DNA of 64,000 nt. Source: an uncultured Desulfobacter sp. (GTDB taxonomy: Bacteria > Desulfobacterota > Desulfobacteria > Desulfobacterales > Desulfobacteraceae). Below are positions 36,984-46,608 of the stretch, one piece after another. A program made the position numbers and the translations under genes. Position 1 is the stretch's first letter. Every line of letters starts with the position of its first letter. Below the pieces are notes generated by a model. It ran no database searches and had not been told where the DNA came from. It saw nothing but the letters and a program-made list of their open reading frames with translations. The stretch covers positions 2,624,001 through 2,688,000 of the forward strand of contig OY762069.1 in NCBI GenBank assembly GCA_963665095.1, in the 5' to 3' direction.

Positions 36984-38057
36984 ATGAAACGATCTATGCT
37001 TCTGACTGTGATATTTCTGACCGTCCATTTTTCAGCATTTAACTTTTTGCCGTCCTCACATACGCTTCAAGCAGCCCCAAGTCCGGGTGTTATGCTGACC
37101 CAGTATACGGAAAAGCACCAGGGTGCTTTTACCATGCTCATTCCCAAAGGCTGGCAGGATGCCGGCGGCATGATGCCAAGCGGGGTGCAGTGGAACGTTG
37201 TGGATCTGGTGGAGAACAATATTACGTTCCGGGTGACCAGTCCCGACGGGAAATCCTTTTTCGGGTGGTATCCCCGGTTTTATTTCCAGGATCCCCAGGT
37301 GTTTGTCCAGTCCAGCGGTGGCGTACTCAATCCCCAGCCCGGCCAGGTGATGAACGGCTGCTGGGTTTACCCCTATCTTGACGTCCGCTCCTATGTGGAA
37401 TACATCGTTTTCAGGCAGTTTGCCGTCAATGAGTTTGCCAGTCCCCGGATCATTGGCAACACCCACCCGGCACCAGAACTGAAACCCCTCGCCCCCCAAA
37501 TGGCCTCACGTACCGATTACGGATATGTCAATTTTGAATGCCGGATACAGGGGACGCCCATGCTGGGCAGGATCTATTCCATCAACTATGACCTTGGGGT
37601 AATCTGGTCAACCGTGGGGACATTCGGACTTGTGGCACCCCGGGACCGGTGGGAAAACGACCAGCGGATTATGGAAATCTGTATTCGCACCTTTCGCCTG
37701 AATCCGGCCTGGGTCCGCCGGGCAACGGCCGCGGCCCGTCAAAGGGCCACCCAGTACCATAAAGTCATTCAGGATATGCAGCGCATTGACAATGAAATCA
37801 GCCAGCACCGGTCACAGACCAACAGCGATATCCAGGAAGAGTTTTATAAGGTCATTACCGAACAGATTGAGACCTTTGATCCGCAGACCGGCGATTCCCG
37901 CTACCTGCCCATGTACAACCATGCCTACACCGACGGCAGGGGCAATTACTTTTTAAAAGATGATGATGACGGCACCCTGCCCTTTGACAATGCATCTGAA
38001 TGGCGAAAATTAACCATCATCAACCGCAATGACCCCGGATACCGGCCTGCCAATTGA
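36984..38057 (+). CDS. Exported hypothetical protein
   Basis: Signal peptide, AAGGA RBS, 357 aa. Confidence 0.75.
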   Translation: MKRSMLLTVIFLTVHFSAFNFLPSSHTLQAAPSPGVMLTQYTEKHQGAFTMLIPKGWQDAGGMMPSGVQWNVVDLVENNITFRVTSPDGKSFFGWYPRFYFQDPQVFVQSSGGVLNPQPGQVMNGCWVYPYLDVRSYVEYIVFRQFAVNEFASPRIIGNTHPAPELKPLAPQMASRTDYGYVNFECRIQGTPMLGRIYSINYDLGVIWSTVGTFGLVAPRDRWENDQRIMEICIRTFRLNPAWVRRATAAARQRATQYHKVIQDMQRIDNEISQHRSQTNSDIQEEFYKVITEQIETFDPQTGDSRYLPMYNHAYTDGRGNYFLKDDDDGTLPFDNASEWRKLTIINRNDPGYRPAN

Positions 38058-38147
38058 TGCATTGAGAGCCATACCAGATACAGGTTTTTTGTTCAGGTAC
38101 TATTTAAGCCTGTTTGCCAATTGTTCTTTTTACAAAAATTTCTCCGT

Positions 38148-39062
38148 TTAGGATTCAGAAGCCAGCAGAAAATAGATACAGATAACAACGGCTGCAAACG
38201 AAATGATCTGATACATATGAATGGTTTCGCCAAGCACGATCCAGGACAGAATCATGGTCACTCCGGGCCAGGGCGCGGTGATGGCACTGGCCACAGAAAC
38301 GCTGATGCGCTGGATGGCATAAAACCAGATCACCAGTTCCAGGTAGTAGAAAAGCCCCATACCCACGGCCCAGGGCAGTAAATCCGCCTCGAAAATACCG
38401 GCAATCCGGCCGGGTGCGGTAACCAGCTGCAGTAGGCCTAAAAAAAACATGGAGATGACTACCCTGAAGCATGTAACCTGGCCCGGGGTAATGGGTGTGG
38501 CGCAAAGTTCTTCCCGGATGAGCACATGGGCAATGCTCCACAAAAACGGGACACACAGTGCCACAAAAATCCACATTGACATGCCCCGGATCTGCCAGCT
38601 CCCGCCAGTCCCCAGATAATATAGAGCCGCGACCAGACCGGCTGTGGCCAGAATCTGCCACAATGATTTACACTGTCTGAGCATGACCATTTCAGTAAGA
38701 ACAGCAAAGAGCGGATAGGCCTGGATGGCAATTGAGGCATTCGCGGTTCCGGCCTGCTTAAGGGAGAGAATATAGCACCAGGTGGCCAGCCCAAACAGGA
38801 TCCCGGTAAGGATCGTAATCCACCAGACCCGCGTTTTCACTGACGCTGGCAGGCCTGGCTGAAAAATGCCCTTGTCCCCCAGACGCAACTGAACAACGAA
38901 AAGGGGCAATGCAAAAAGCGCCTGCCAAAATGAGACAGCCAAAGCAAATCCAAGGGCGTCCGACGCTTCGGGCCGACTGTTGGAGAGGACCGGCATCACA
39001 CCGAGAATAATCAGACAAATAAAGGGCAGCAGCAACCGGGAACAAGATTTTTCCGCATTCAT
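38148..39062 (-). CDS. DMT/EamA family transporter
   Basis: About ten TM segments in two repeats; divergent from the MocR regulator. Confidence 0.8.
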   Translation of the reverse strand: MNAEKSCSRLLLPFICLIILGVMPVLSNSRPEASDALGFALAVSFWQALFALPLFVVQLRLGDKGIFQPGLPASVKTRVWWITILTGILFGLATWCYILSLKQAGTANASIAIQAYPLFAVLTEMVMLRQCKSLWQILATAGLVAALYYLGTGGSWQIRGMSMWIFVALCVPFLWSIAHVLIREELCATPITPGQVTCFRVVISMFFLGLLQLVTAPGRIAGIFEADLLPWAVGMGLFYYLELVIWFYAIQRISVSVASAITAPWPGVTMILSWIVLGETIHMYQIISFAAVVICIYFLLASES

Positions 39063-39091
39063 TAAACAGGTCCTTTAATATAAATCAATTG

Positions 39092-39117
39092 ATATTATTG
39101 CATCAGTTCAATAATAT
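39092..39117. promoter_or_regulatory. Candidate MocR operator
   Basis: Perfect inverted repeat ATATTATTG-N8-CAATAATAT in the divergent spacer. Confidence 0.55.
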
Positions 39118-39161
39118 AATTGCTATGATATATTTGCTGAATCAAGAGAGATATTGCACTG

Positions 39162-40556
39162 ATGGCAATTTGGACGCCTGACCTGACAGATAAAACAGGA
39201 CCTAAGTACCAGCAAATCGCTGAGGCCATTACACAGGCGGTTGCAAAGGGCGAACTGCCCCCGGGGGGCCGCCTGCCTCCCCATCGCATCCTGGCCTATG
39301 AACTGGGCATATCCCCCAATACCACCAGCCGGGCCTATACCCAATGCGTTAATGCAGGGTTGCTTTGCGGAGAAACCGGTCGCGGCACCTATGTCCGTAT
39401 CATGCCGTCTCAGCCGGATCATGGCAGCCCTGCGAATTTACAACGACCGGCCGGCGGCCCCATTGATCTTTCCAGCAACCTGCCCTTTCCAGGTGCCTGC
39501 GCCGATCACCTGGCCAGGACACTCACAGATCTGGGCCGGTCACCTGGTTTACAGGTCTTCACGGATTACCAGACAGGGGCCGGTCTGCCCCATCATATAG
39601 CAGCCGGCAGGCAATGGCTGGTTGACTTAGGTGTTCCTGCCCTTCCGGAGCAGACCATTATTACCTGCGGGGCCCAGCATGGTATCATGGCCGCATTGAT
39701 GGCCGTCACCCGGCCCGGGGACGTGCTGCTCACCGAAGCCCTGACCTATGCCCCTGTTCTGGCCATGGCCGCCCGCCTATGCCTTAAAATTCGTCCCATT
39801 GCCATGGACAGGGGCCCAATTACCCCTGAATCTTTTGAAACAGCCTGCTGCAGCCATTCAGCCAGGGCTGTCTATCTGACCCCCACCATCCAGACCCCGA
39901 CCACGGCAACCATGGATCAGGACCGACGGAATGCAGTGGCTCATATTGCTGAAAAGTACGATCTCATTTTGATTGAAGATGATGTGTACGGCCCTTTGCT
40001 GCCAGAGCCTGTCCCTCCCATTAGCCGGCTGGCCCCGGAACGTACCATATACATCTCAAGCACGTCCAAATGCCTGGCCCCGGGGCTGCGGGCGGCATTC
40101 CTGCATGCGCCCCCTGCCCTGGTCCCCTCTCTTGTCCGGGCAGTGCAGCTCAGCTGCTGGATGCCACCACCGCTGATGGTGGAGGTAGCGGCCCGGTGGA
40201 TTGCCGACGGAACCGCGGACAAGCTGAAAGCGGCCCAGCACCAGGAAGCAAAGGCCCGCCAGGCCATGGCTGCAGACATTCTTTGCACCCACGCCATTCA
40301 GGCGGATCCATCCGGATTTCATGTATGGCTGAGCCTGCCGTCCCAATGGCAGACCCATGAATTCTGCCGGGCCGCATCCGACCGGGGGGTGAAACTTGCG
40401 CCCGGCACCCTGTTTGCTGTTGACGGCCGCCATGATCCCGGTGCTGTTCGCATCAGCTTAAGCCATGAACCAGACCGGCAACGGGTCATGAAGGGGCTTT
40501 CCATTATTCAGGACCTTCTGCAGGCAGCCGGCCCTGAACAAAGCCTGATACTATAG
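39162..40556 (+). CDS. MocR/GabR family regulator (GntR HTH plus PLP aminotransferase domain)
   Basis: KYQQIAEAI...LPPHRILA, IEDDVYG, STSKCLAPGLR. Confidence 0.92.
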   Translation: MAIWTPDLTDKTGPKYQQIAEAITQAVAKGELPPGGRLPPHRILAYELGISPNTTSRAYTQCVNAGLLCGETGRGTYVRIMPSQPDHGSPANLQRPAGGPIDLSSNLPFPGACADHLARTLTDLGRSPGLQVFTDYQTGAGLPHHIAAGRQWLVDLGVPALPEQTIITCGAQHGIMAALMAVTRPGDVLLTEALTYAPVLAMAARLCLKIRPIAMDRGPITPESFETACCSHSARAVYLTPTIQTPTTATMDQDRRNAVAHIAEKYDLILIEDDVYGPLLPEPVPPISRLAPERTIYISSTSKCLAPGLRAAFLHAPPALVPSLVRAVQLSCWMPPPLMVEVAARWIADGTADKLKAAQHQEAKARQAMAADILCTHAIQADPSGFHVWLSLPSQWQTHEFCRAASDRGVKLAPGTLFAVDGRHDPGAVRISLSHEPDRQRVMKGLSIIQDLLQAAGPEQSLIL

Positions 40557-40789
40557 AGTTGCCAAGAGTGGATAAAAACAGGGGTCAAATCCACCAGAAT
40601 GTAAAAATGTTGGGCTGTAAAATCAAAGGCGAAATTGCCTCCATTGGTGCGGTTAAGCTGATGGACACATACGTGACCCACAGAAAAATGGTAAGGTGAA
40701 AAATTTTACGGCTGTAGCTCACTGGTGCGCCCCCCGCCAATAACCAGTTTACCAATGAGAATATCGATCACAGTATTGTAAAATAGCGG

Positions 40790-41545
40790 TTAAACCAAAA
40801 CCATGGACCATAGGAATTTGATCCCAATGAGTATCAGGACACAGCCCAGCAACCGTTTCACACTTTGGGGCTTCATCTTTTTCTGCATGACCCTGGTACC
40901 AAGATAGCCTCCGAACCAGGCCGCAAGGCCCGCAAAAGCAAGAATTTTTACGGACACCGATCCCATGGCCGCATAGGTGACAAAGGCTGAAAAAGATGAA
41001 AACGGCACGGAAAACGCGGTGACCATGGCCACTTTTTTGGGATTAAATCCCTGGACGATCATCAAAGGGGAGATGATACCGCCGCCACCCACCCCCAGAA
41101 GCCCTGAGACAAGCCCGGCAAGCACACCAACACCCAGAGGGCCTGCAACAGGACGATCTTCCCGGTACTGGTCGGCATATTTTGATCCCTTGAAAAATAT
41201 CATCATGGCCCCTGAAAAGAACAAAAAGCAAATAAAAGCAAAAAGCAGGGTCCGGGTGGGCAGGAAATGACCTGCCCAGGCACCCACCGGCGCCATGACT
41301 ATGGAGGCGGCAATAATCGGCAGACCTAACCTGACATCCAGCTTTTTTTCCCTGAAATTGGACCAGGTTGCCCCGAGCATGCTCACGCAGTTGACAAAAA
41401 GCCCGGTGGGACGGGCCAGGTTAAAAGGCACCCCAATCCATGACAGAACAGGAATAAGAATAACCGCCGACCCCACACCTCCCAGAGCAAAAACAAAACT
41501 TAATACAAATGAAAGCAAACTGATGATTAAAATATGAGATGTCAT
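40790..41545 (-). CDS. TauE/SafE family sulfite exporter
   Basis: GLLGVGGGGII motif, about eight TM segments. Confidence 0.88.
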   Translation of the reverse strand: MTSHILIISLLSFVLSFVFALGGVGSAVILIPVLSWIGVPFNLARPTGLFVNCVSMLGATWSNFREKKLDVRLGLPIIAASIVMAPVGAWAGHFLPTRTLLFAFICFLFFSGAMMIFFKGSKYADQYREDRPVAGPLGVGVLAGLVSGLLGVGGGGIISPLMIVQGFNPKKVAMVTAFSVPFSSFSAFVTYAAMGSVSVKILAFAGLAAWFGGYLGTRVMQKKMKPQSVKRLLGCVLILIGIKFLWSMVLV

Positions 41546-41565
41546 TTTTATCTGTCCTAAATTAT

Positions 41566-41607
41566 AAAAAAAATACCGGCAGACTTAAGGTTCTATGCTG
41601 CCGGTAT
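41566..41607 (-). terminator. Rho-independent terminator after the rhodanese gene
   Basis: ATACCGGCAG/CTGCCGGTAT stem followed on the minus strand by a T run. Confidence 0.7.
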
Positions 41608-41621
41608 GCAAGTCCCTTTTT

Positions 41622-41996
41622 TTACATTTTTGATAGAGGGCCGGGCTTAAAGGCAGATGCCATATCCTCGGAAGAGGCCGTAAGCCCTTTGACCTCCTCA
41701 TACCCGTTGGCCTTGAGATACATATAGGCCAGCGCGCCTCTGAACACAGAAGAGCAAAAAGGAATAATAAATTTTTCTTTGGGTACCTCATTAAGCCTGT
41801 CAGGCAGTTCATTCATTGGAATATGCAGGGCAAAGGGAAAACAGAGGTATTTCACCTCCTCATGGGTCCGGACATCAAGGAATATGTAATGATCGTCACC
41901 AAGCACCTTGCGCATGCCGTCAATGCTCATGCTGTGTGCACCGGAACTGAAAAACTTAAAATCCATCTGTGTTACCAATGTATTCAGATCACTCAT
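41622..41996 (-). CDS. Rhodanese-like domain protein
   Basis: FLDVRT..E, ALHIP, FCSSVFR. Confidence 0.88.
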   Translation of the reverse strand: MSDLNTLVTQMDFKFFSSGAHSMSIDGMRKVLGDDHYIFLDVRTHEEVKYLCFPFALHIPMNELPDRLNEVPKEKFIIPFCSSVFRGALAYMYLKANGYEEVKGLTASSEDMASAFKPGPLSKM

Positions 41997-42110
41997 CTCT
42001 TAAACCTCCAAAATTTCAGTTAGTATTATCAGGGAAAATTAAAACCGCATTTCCAAAAGGCTCAAACCTGTGATGATGAATGCAAGCCTTTTTGTGAAGT
42101 GACTCCGATG

Positions 42111-42641
42111 TCAAATGTCCATCTGGAACATCCCCATGTATCTATTCAGTTTGTCTTTCTGCTCAACATTTAGTTGCGGGCAGCTGTCCGCCCCTTTACC
42201 CCCTTCGGCCACTTTTGTGGCAAAAACCATGCATGTGGGTTCCCCACACGCTTTGCCACATCCGGCCTTATTGGGCAGCAGTTTAAGTATTTCAATGAAC
42301 TTGGGCCGGGGCGCACCTTCAAAACTTGGAACAATCACCCCCCTTTTTTCCCAGGCCTCGTTTATTTCGCGTTTCAGCCACGCCACGATCTTTTGAGCCT
42401 CTTGTTCGTCCTTTAACGCATTCACGGCAATTTTATTCCCGTGTACGGTGATCAGCTTGCCCTGGGCTTTGAACGTGACACTGGGGGGATCTTTAAGGTA
42501 CTCAAAACCGCCAAGCACTGAATTCAAGTAAGGCAGGGCCTCGCTGACATCCTGGTCAAGATGGGCAAAACAGTGGACACCCATGGCGCCGGGCTGACAT
42601 TTGGAATTAAATATTTCCAAGCGATATGTTTCAAGCAACAT
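42111..42641 (-). CDS. (Fe-S)-binding domain protein
   Basis: Start MLLETY after AAGGAG; C-terminal LLP..GCGKACGEPTCMVFA...CP Fe-S motif. Confidence 0.8.
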   Translation of the reverse strand: MLLETYRLEIFNSKCQPGAMGVHCFAHLDQDVSEALPYLNSVLGGFEYLKDPPSVTFKAQGKLITVHGNKIAVNALKDEQEAQKIVAWLKREINEAWEKRGVIVPSFEGAPRPKFIEILKLLPNKAGCGKACGEPTCMVFATKVAEGGKGADSCPQLNVEQKDKLNRYMGMFQMDI

Positions 42642-42655
42642 ATGTTTCTCCTTGT

Positions 42656-43366
42656 TTATGATGGGGTGAAAAAAGGGCTCACAATAAAATAAATACCCAG
42701 GCAGATGATAATTATCCCGGCTGCTTTCCTGAAAACAGAACCGGTATTCTGCCAGGAACTGTTTTCCAGGATGCGGCGAATCAGGGCGGCGGAACTTCCT
42801 GCAATGGCAATGGGAAGACAGTGTCCAAAGCCAAAAAGGGTAATCAGAAAAATGCCTGTAGCCACTTTTGCCTGGACCGTAATAATGGCAAGAATAGGTG
42901 CAATGAACCCAAAGGTACACGATCCGGATAACACCCCATAGGCAAGCCCAAGGATAAAGGCACCGGCAAGTCCGCGCACATTCAGCCGATACAAAAGACT
43001 GCCGGATATGGAACAAGACGCCACCCCGAGCATCCCCATTGCCACCCAGATCAGGATGGCCCCGATGATGATCTGGAACCAGGGTCCCACATCCCCCATC
43101 ATCCTGCCCAGCATGGCACATGCAATGCCGATCAGGGCAATGGTGATAAAGAGCCCTAAGGTAAAAAGAACAGAGTAAATGCCTGCCTGACGCGGAGTTA
43201 CCATCTTCTGCTGGCCTCCCACGTATCCGACAATAAGGGGGATGGACGCCATATGGCAGGGGCTGAAAAGAACACTTACCATCCCCCATATGAAGCATCC
43301 TGCAGCCGCAACCGCCAGTCCGCCGGTCATCCATTGATTAATCGTTAAATAAAATTGTCCCAGCAT
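42656..43366 (-). CDS. ccdA: CcdA/DsbD-type thiol-disulfide transporter
   Basis: SPCH and GSCT membrane Cys pair, six TM segments. Confidence 0.85.
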   Translation of the reverse strand: MLGQFYLTINQWMTGGLAVAAAGCFIWGMVSVLFSPCHMASIPLIVGYVGGQQKMVTPRQAGIYSVLFTLGLFITIALIGIACAMLGRMMGDVGPWFQIIIGAILIWVAMGMLGVASCSISGSLLYRLNVRGLAGAFILGLAYGVLSGSCTFGFIAPILAIITVQAKVATGIFLITLFGFGHCLPIAIAGSSAALIRRILENSSWQNTGSVFRKAAGIIIICLGIYFIVSPFFTPS

Positions 43367-43419
43367 TAATTATTCTCCCGATCATCTTCTATCGTTCCGG
43401 TCAGAATTTTGTGATGACG

Positions 43420-44007
43420 TTATTCCTGTAAAGAACGGTCCAGTACCATCAACAGAAATTGTCCTAAATTTTGTTCCCATTTATCACCGCTGCTGTTGAT
43501 AAAATCATACATGCGGCTCTTTCTCATCTTGGCCCAGGCCAAGGCAAGTGGATCTGAGCGCTCTATTGCATGTGCGTCCGAGGGGGTAAGTTGAATTTCA
43601 GGATTCCATTGGTCCAAGGTCTGGTGAGTTATCAGATGATTAAATCCGGTTTTAAGTTTTATGGAAGACCCGTCCCGAACAGCGTTGATTGCGACCATGT
43701 GCTGGTAGACAGAAATAACCAGCTCATAGCCGTCATCACCATCTTTCTCAGATCCGGTCTTTTTAATTCCGTCCAGATCAATTTTAACTGTTTTTTCCTT
43801 GATGTTCGTTAATTTTGAAATTAGATTTTTCCCTGTTTCTCCTATCAGATTCCTGGACTCTTCAGAATCATACGATATGACCACCGGACATACGTCGCAG
43901 TCAGGGTTAAGAGGTTTTACCTTTTCTGCAGCAGCAAAGTGGGGGCAACTGAGCAGCAAAAACAGGCAGGTAAAATTCCAAAGTTTTAAAATATCGCACA
44001 GCCGCAC
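43420..44007 (-). CDS. Exported hypothetical protein
   Basis: AAGGAG RBS, signal peptide, CDVC motif. Confidence 0.55.
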   Translation of the reverse strand: MRLCDILKLWNFTCLFLLLSCPHFAAAEKVKPLNPDCDVCPVVISYDSEESRNLIGETGKNLISKLTNIKEKTVKIDLDGIKKTGSEKDGDDGYELVISVYQHMVAINAVRDGSSIKLKTGFNHLITHQTLDQWNPEIQLTPSDAHAIERSDPLALAWAKMRKSRMYDFINSSGDKWEQNLGQFLLMVLDRSLQE

Positions 44008-44216
44008 ATTGATCTCCTTTCAAAAAGAGTTTTCTGGATAAGGCGTGCAATCCCTCCCGATTTTGAACAGCAGCCAACAGGAGTGATGTTCCCTGTAATG
44101 TCTCCAGAATAAATGATAACCGCATCAGGGGGCGTTTCATCAGATGCAGCAGATACGTGCAAAGGGAAATACAAAACTATAATCGTTACCAAGCTGCACA
44201 ACCAGACAATTTTCAT
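43986..44216 (-). CDS. Short exported protein resembling the N-terminus of UshA-like metallophosphoesterases
   Basis: Signal peptide then IIYSGDITGNITPVGCCSKSGGIAR; no further domain follows. Confidence 0.4.
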   Translation of the reverse strand: MKIVWLCSLVTIIVLYFPLHVSAASDETPPDAVIIYSGDITGNITPVGCCSKSGGIARLIQKTLFERRSMCGCAIF

Positions 44217-44272
44217 GAAATACGTCCACCCGCTCAAGCATTAATCGGCAAAAAACAGACAACTGTCGTTCT

Positions 44273-44656
44273 TTAAAGGGTCGGAGCTGCTACCCCCATT
44301 TCGGTCAGACGCTCAACAATATTTTTTTCATCCAGAAATCCTTCATGGCGCCAGACTTCTTCTCCGTTTTCGTTAAAAAATATCTGGGTAGGAATGGCCC
44401 TTATACCGAATCTTGGTGCCTGGTCCCGATTTTCCCAGACATCTATGAAAACAATGTGTGCTTTGTTTTCATAGGCTTTTTCAAGTTTTTCCATAATCGG
44501 AGCCATCATCTTGCATGGAATGCACTTTTTAGCCCCAAGGTCTACCAGGGTGACCTTTCCTTTTTCTGGAACCGAAGAAAAATCCTGGGCACAGGCAAGG
44601 GATATTGAAAGAAACATTGATAGTATAACCGCCAGACCATACACTTTTTTCGTCAT
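44273..44656 (-). CDS. Periplasmic thioredoxin
   Basis: Signal peptide, CIPC, IPTQIF. Confidence 0.9.
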   Translation of the reverse strand: MTKKVYGLAVILSMFLSISLACAQDFSSVPEKGKVTLVDLGAKKCIPCKMMAPIMEKLEKAYENKAHIVFIDVWENRDQAPRFGIRAIPTQIFFNENGEEVWRHEGFLDEKNIVERLTEMGVAAPTL

Positions 44657-44660
44657 TGTT

Positions 44661-45026
44661 TTATCCTTTTCTTATTTCTGTTTTAACGACTTCAAGGTCG
44701 GCAGAATTCAGGTTAAAGTCCTTGTTTTTTTCAATACCCAGATCTGTGATCACTGTGTAGTTGCCGCACTCAATTCCATTTTTTTCAAGTGTTGCCCTGG
44801 CGCATCCTAACTGGCATCCATCAATGACCACCAGCTTTTCAACCACCTTTGCGGACTGGACAAAGCCGCTGAGCTGACCGCCGATACCGGCCAGGCAGAA
44901 CATTTTGCCAAAGCCTTCCTTTGTCAGGTCTATGGCGGCCTGGTTGGAAAGCTGCCCCACACTGGAGCCTCCGGAACAGGCAAGTATCATGGTGTTGTTA
45001 TTTGAACAGCAGCAATCTTCGGACAT
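44661..45026 (-). CDS. DGC family putative zinc-binding protein
   Basis: ACSGGSSVGQ, CLAGIG, IDGC..GC. Confidence 0.88.
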   Translation of the reverse strand: MSEDCCCSNNNTMILACSGGSSVGQLSNQAAIDLTKEGFGKMFCLAGIGGQLSGFVQSAKVVEKLVVIDGCQLGCARATLEKNGIECGNYTVITDLGIEKNKDFNLNSADLEVVKTEIRKG

Positions 45027-45155
45027 TATTTCTTCCTTTTATTTTCAATGAAAAAATTTTTTGGTGTTTTGCCGTGGGCCGGACCCGGGATGAAGAACGA
45101 TCCGGCCCACGCCCGCAAAGTTTTTTTGGATACCAGGGCAAAAAAAAAGACCGTC

Positions 45156-45389
45156 CTATTTGGTAATCCACGCCTTTATATCTTCTTTTTTAGGCACCTT
45201 GCCGGTACACTTCACCTCCCCGTCAACGATAACCGAAGGCGTACCAAAAACACCGTAGGATGCAATCTGCAGCATATCCGTCACCTTCTCCACGCTGGCG
45301 TCCACACCGGCTTCGTCCACCACTTCCTTAACCAGTTTTTCTGTTTTTTTGCATTTGGCGCATCCAGGCCCCAATACTTTAATTTCCAT
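45156..45389 (-). CDS. Small redox-active disulfide protein (thioredoxin_3, MTH895-like)
   Basis: MEIKVLGPGCAKC...TPSVIVDG. Confidence 0.9.
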   Translation of the reverse strand: MEIKVLGPGCAKCKKTEKLVKEVVDEAGVDASVEKVTDMLQIASYGVFGTPSVIVDGEVKCTGKVPKKEDIKAWITK

Positions 45390-45482
45390 GTTAAGCTTCC
45401 TTTCATCAAATATTATAAGGGAAGACGCTGTCTCACAGTAAATATGCTGGCTAAACAAAAGATTATCGTGAGATGGCTTCTA

Positions 45483-46556
45483 TTATAAAATCGTATTAAA
45501 CAAATACCCCACAAACAAAATACCGCAGGCCACAACGCCGACAAACACGGCGATCAACCTGGGTTTCAACACCTTTCTCAAGATCACCATCTCCGGCAGG
45601 GACAAGGCAATAACACTCATCATAAACGCCAAAACCGATCCCAGAGCCGCCCCTTTGCCCAACAGCGCCTCGACCACAGGGATAATGCCGGCTGCATTGG
45701 AGTACATGGGTACGCCAATGACCACGGACAAAGGAACCGACCACCAGGTGCCCTTACCCATGATAGCGGCCATCATGCCTTCCGGAACAAAGCCATGGAT
45801 TCCGGCGCCCACGGCAATGCCGAGAATCACATAGATCCAGACCCTGCCGATAATCTCTTTCACGGCATCCCAGCCATAAATAAACCGGTCATTCCAGGTC
45901 AGTTTCTCCTCCTCTATTTCAGCCGCAGCAATATTGGCCTGGGTCACCCAGTCCTCAATGTGATTTTCCAGTTTCAGGCGCCCGATCACCCAGCCGGCAG
46001 TAATGGCAATAAAAAGACCGGTACCCATATATATGGCCGCCACCTTCCATCCCAAAAGCCCGTACAAAAGCCCCACGGCGATTTCGTTGACCATGGGAGC
46101 GGCAATGAGAAAGGAAAATGTAACCCCGAGGGGCACTCCTGCGGTGACAAAGCCGATGAAAAGCGGCACAGCCGAACAGGAGCAAAAGGGGGTGACGATT
46201 CCCAGAAGCGCTGCAAAAATATTGCCTGCAAATTCACTTTTCCCGGAAAGAAAGGCACGGGTTTTTTCCGGGGTGAAAAAACTGCGAAGCACGCCCACGC
46301 CAAAGACCACCAGGAATAGCAGCATCATGACTTTGGGGGTGTCGTAAAGAAAAAATTCTATGGAAGCGCCTAAGTGTGAGCCCTGGCTGATATGTAAAAG
46401 GCTGTAGGTCAGCCACTTGGAAACGTCGGGCAGCTGCCGGTAGACCAGCCACCATACCACAACACCTGCGGCCCCCATGAGCATATTAAGCATAAATACT
46501 GACTTGTTTTTCCGGCCATCCAAACCGGTTTGGACTGTATTGGAATCCATAATCAC
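45483..46556 (-). CDS. ArsP-like permease (DUF318)
   Basis: TPFCSCS, APMVNE, VPMYSN, LSLPE. Confidence 0.88.
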   Translation of the reverse strand: MIMDSNTVQTGLDGRKNKSVFMLNMLMGAAGVVVWWLVYRQLPDVSKWLTYSLLHISQGSHLGASIEFFLYDTPKVMMLLFLVVFGVGVLRSFFTPEKTRAFLSGKSEFAGNIFAALLGIVTPFCSCSAVPLFIGFVTAGVPLGVTFSFLIAAPMVNEIAVGLLYGLLGWKVAAIYMGTGLFIAITAGWVIGRLKLENHIEDWVTQANIAAAEIEEEKLTWNDRFIYGWDAVKEIIGRVWIYVILGIAVGAGIHGFVPEGMMAAIMGKGTWWSVPLSVVIGVPMYSNAAGIIPVVEALLGKGAALGSVLAFMMSVIALSLPEMVILRKVLKPRLIAVFVGVVACGILFVGYLFNTIL

Positions 46557-46563
46557 CTCTTTC

Positions 46564-46591
46564 TTATATATGGAGATTTAACGATATATAA
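46564..46591. promoter_or_regulatory. Candidate ArsR-family operator before the permease gene
   Basis: TTATATAT-N12-ATATATAA inverted repeat. Confidence 0.4.
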
Positions 46592-46608
46592 CATCTATTT
46601 TTACCTTT

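Noticed and set aside
42642..43334. 407-aa ORF 42111..43334 as one protein
   Set aside because: The upstream 231 codons are an off-frame shadow of ccdA; the real gene starts at 42641 after its own RBS
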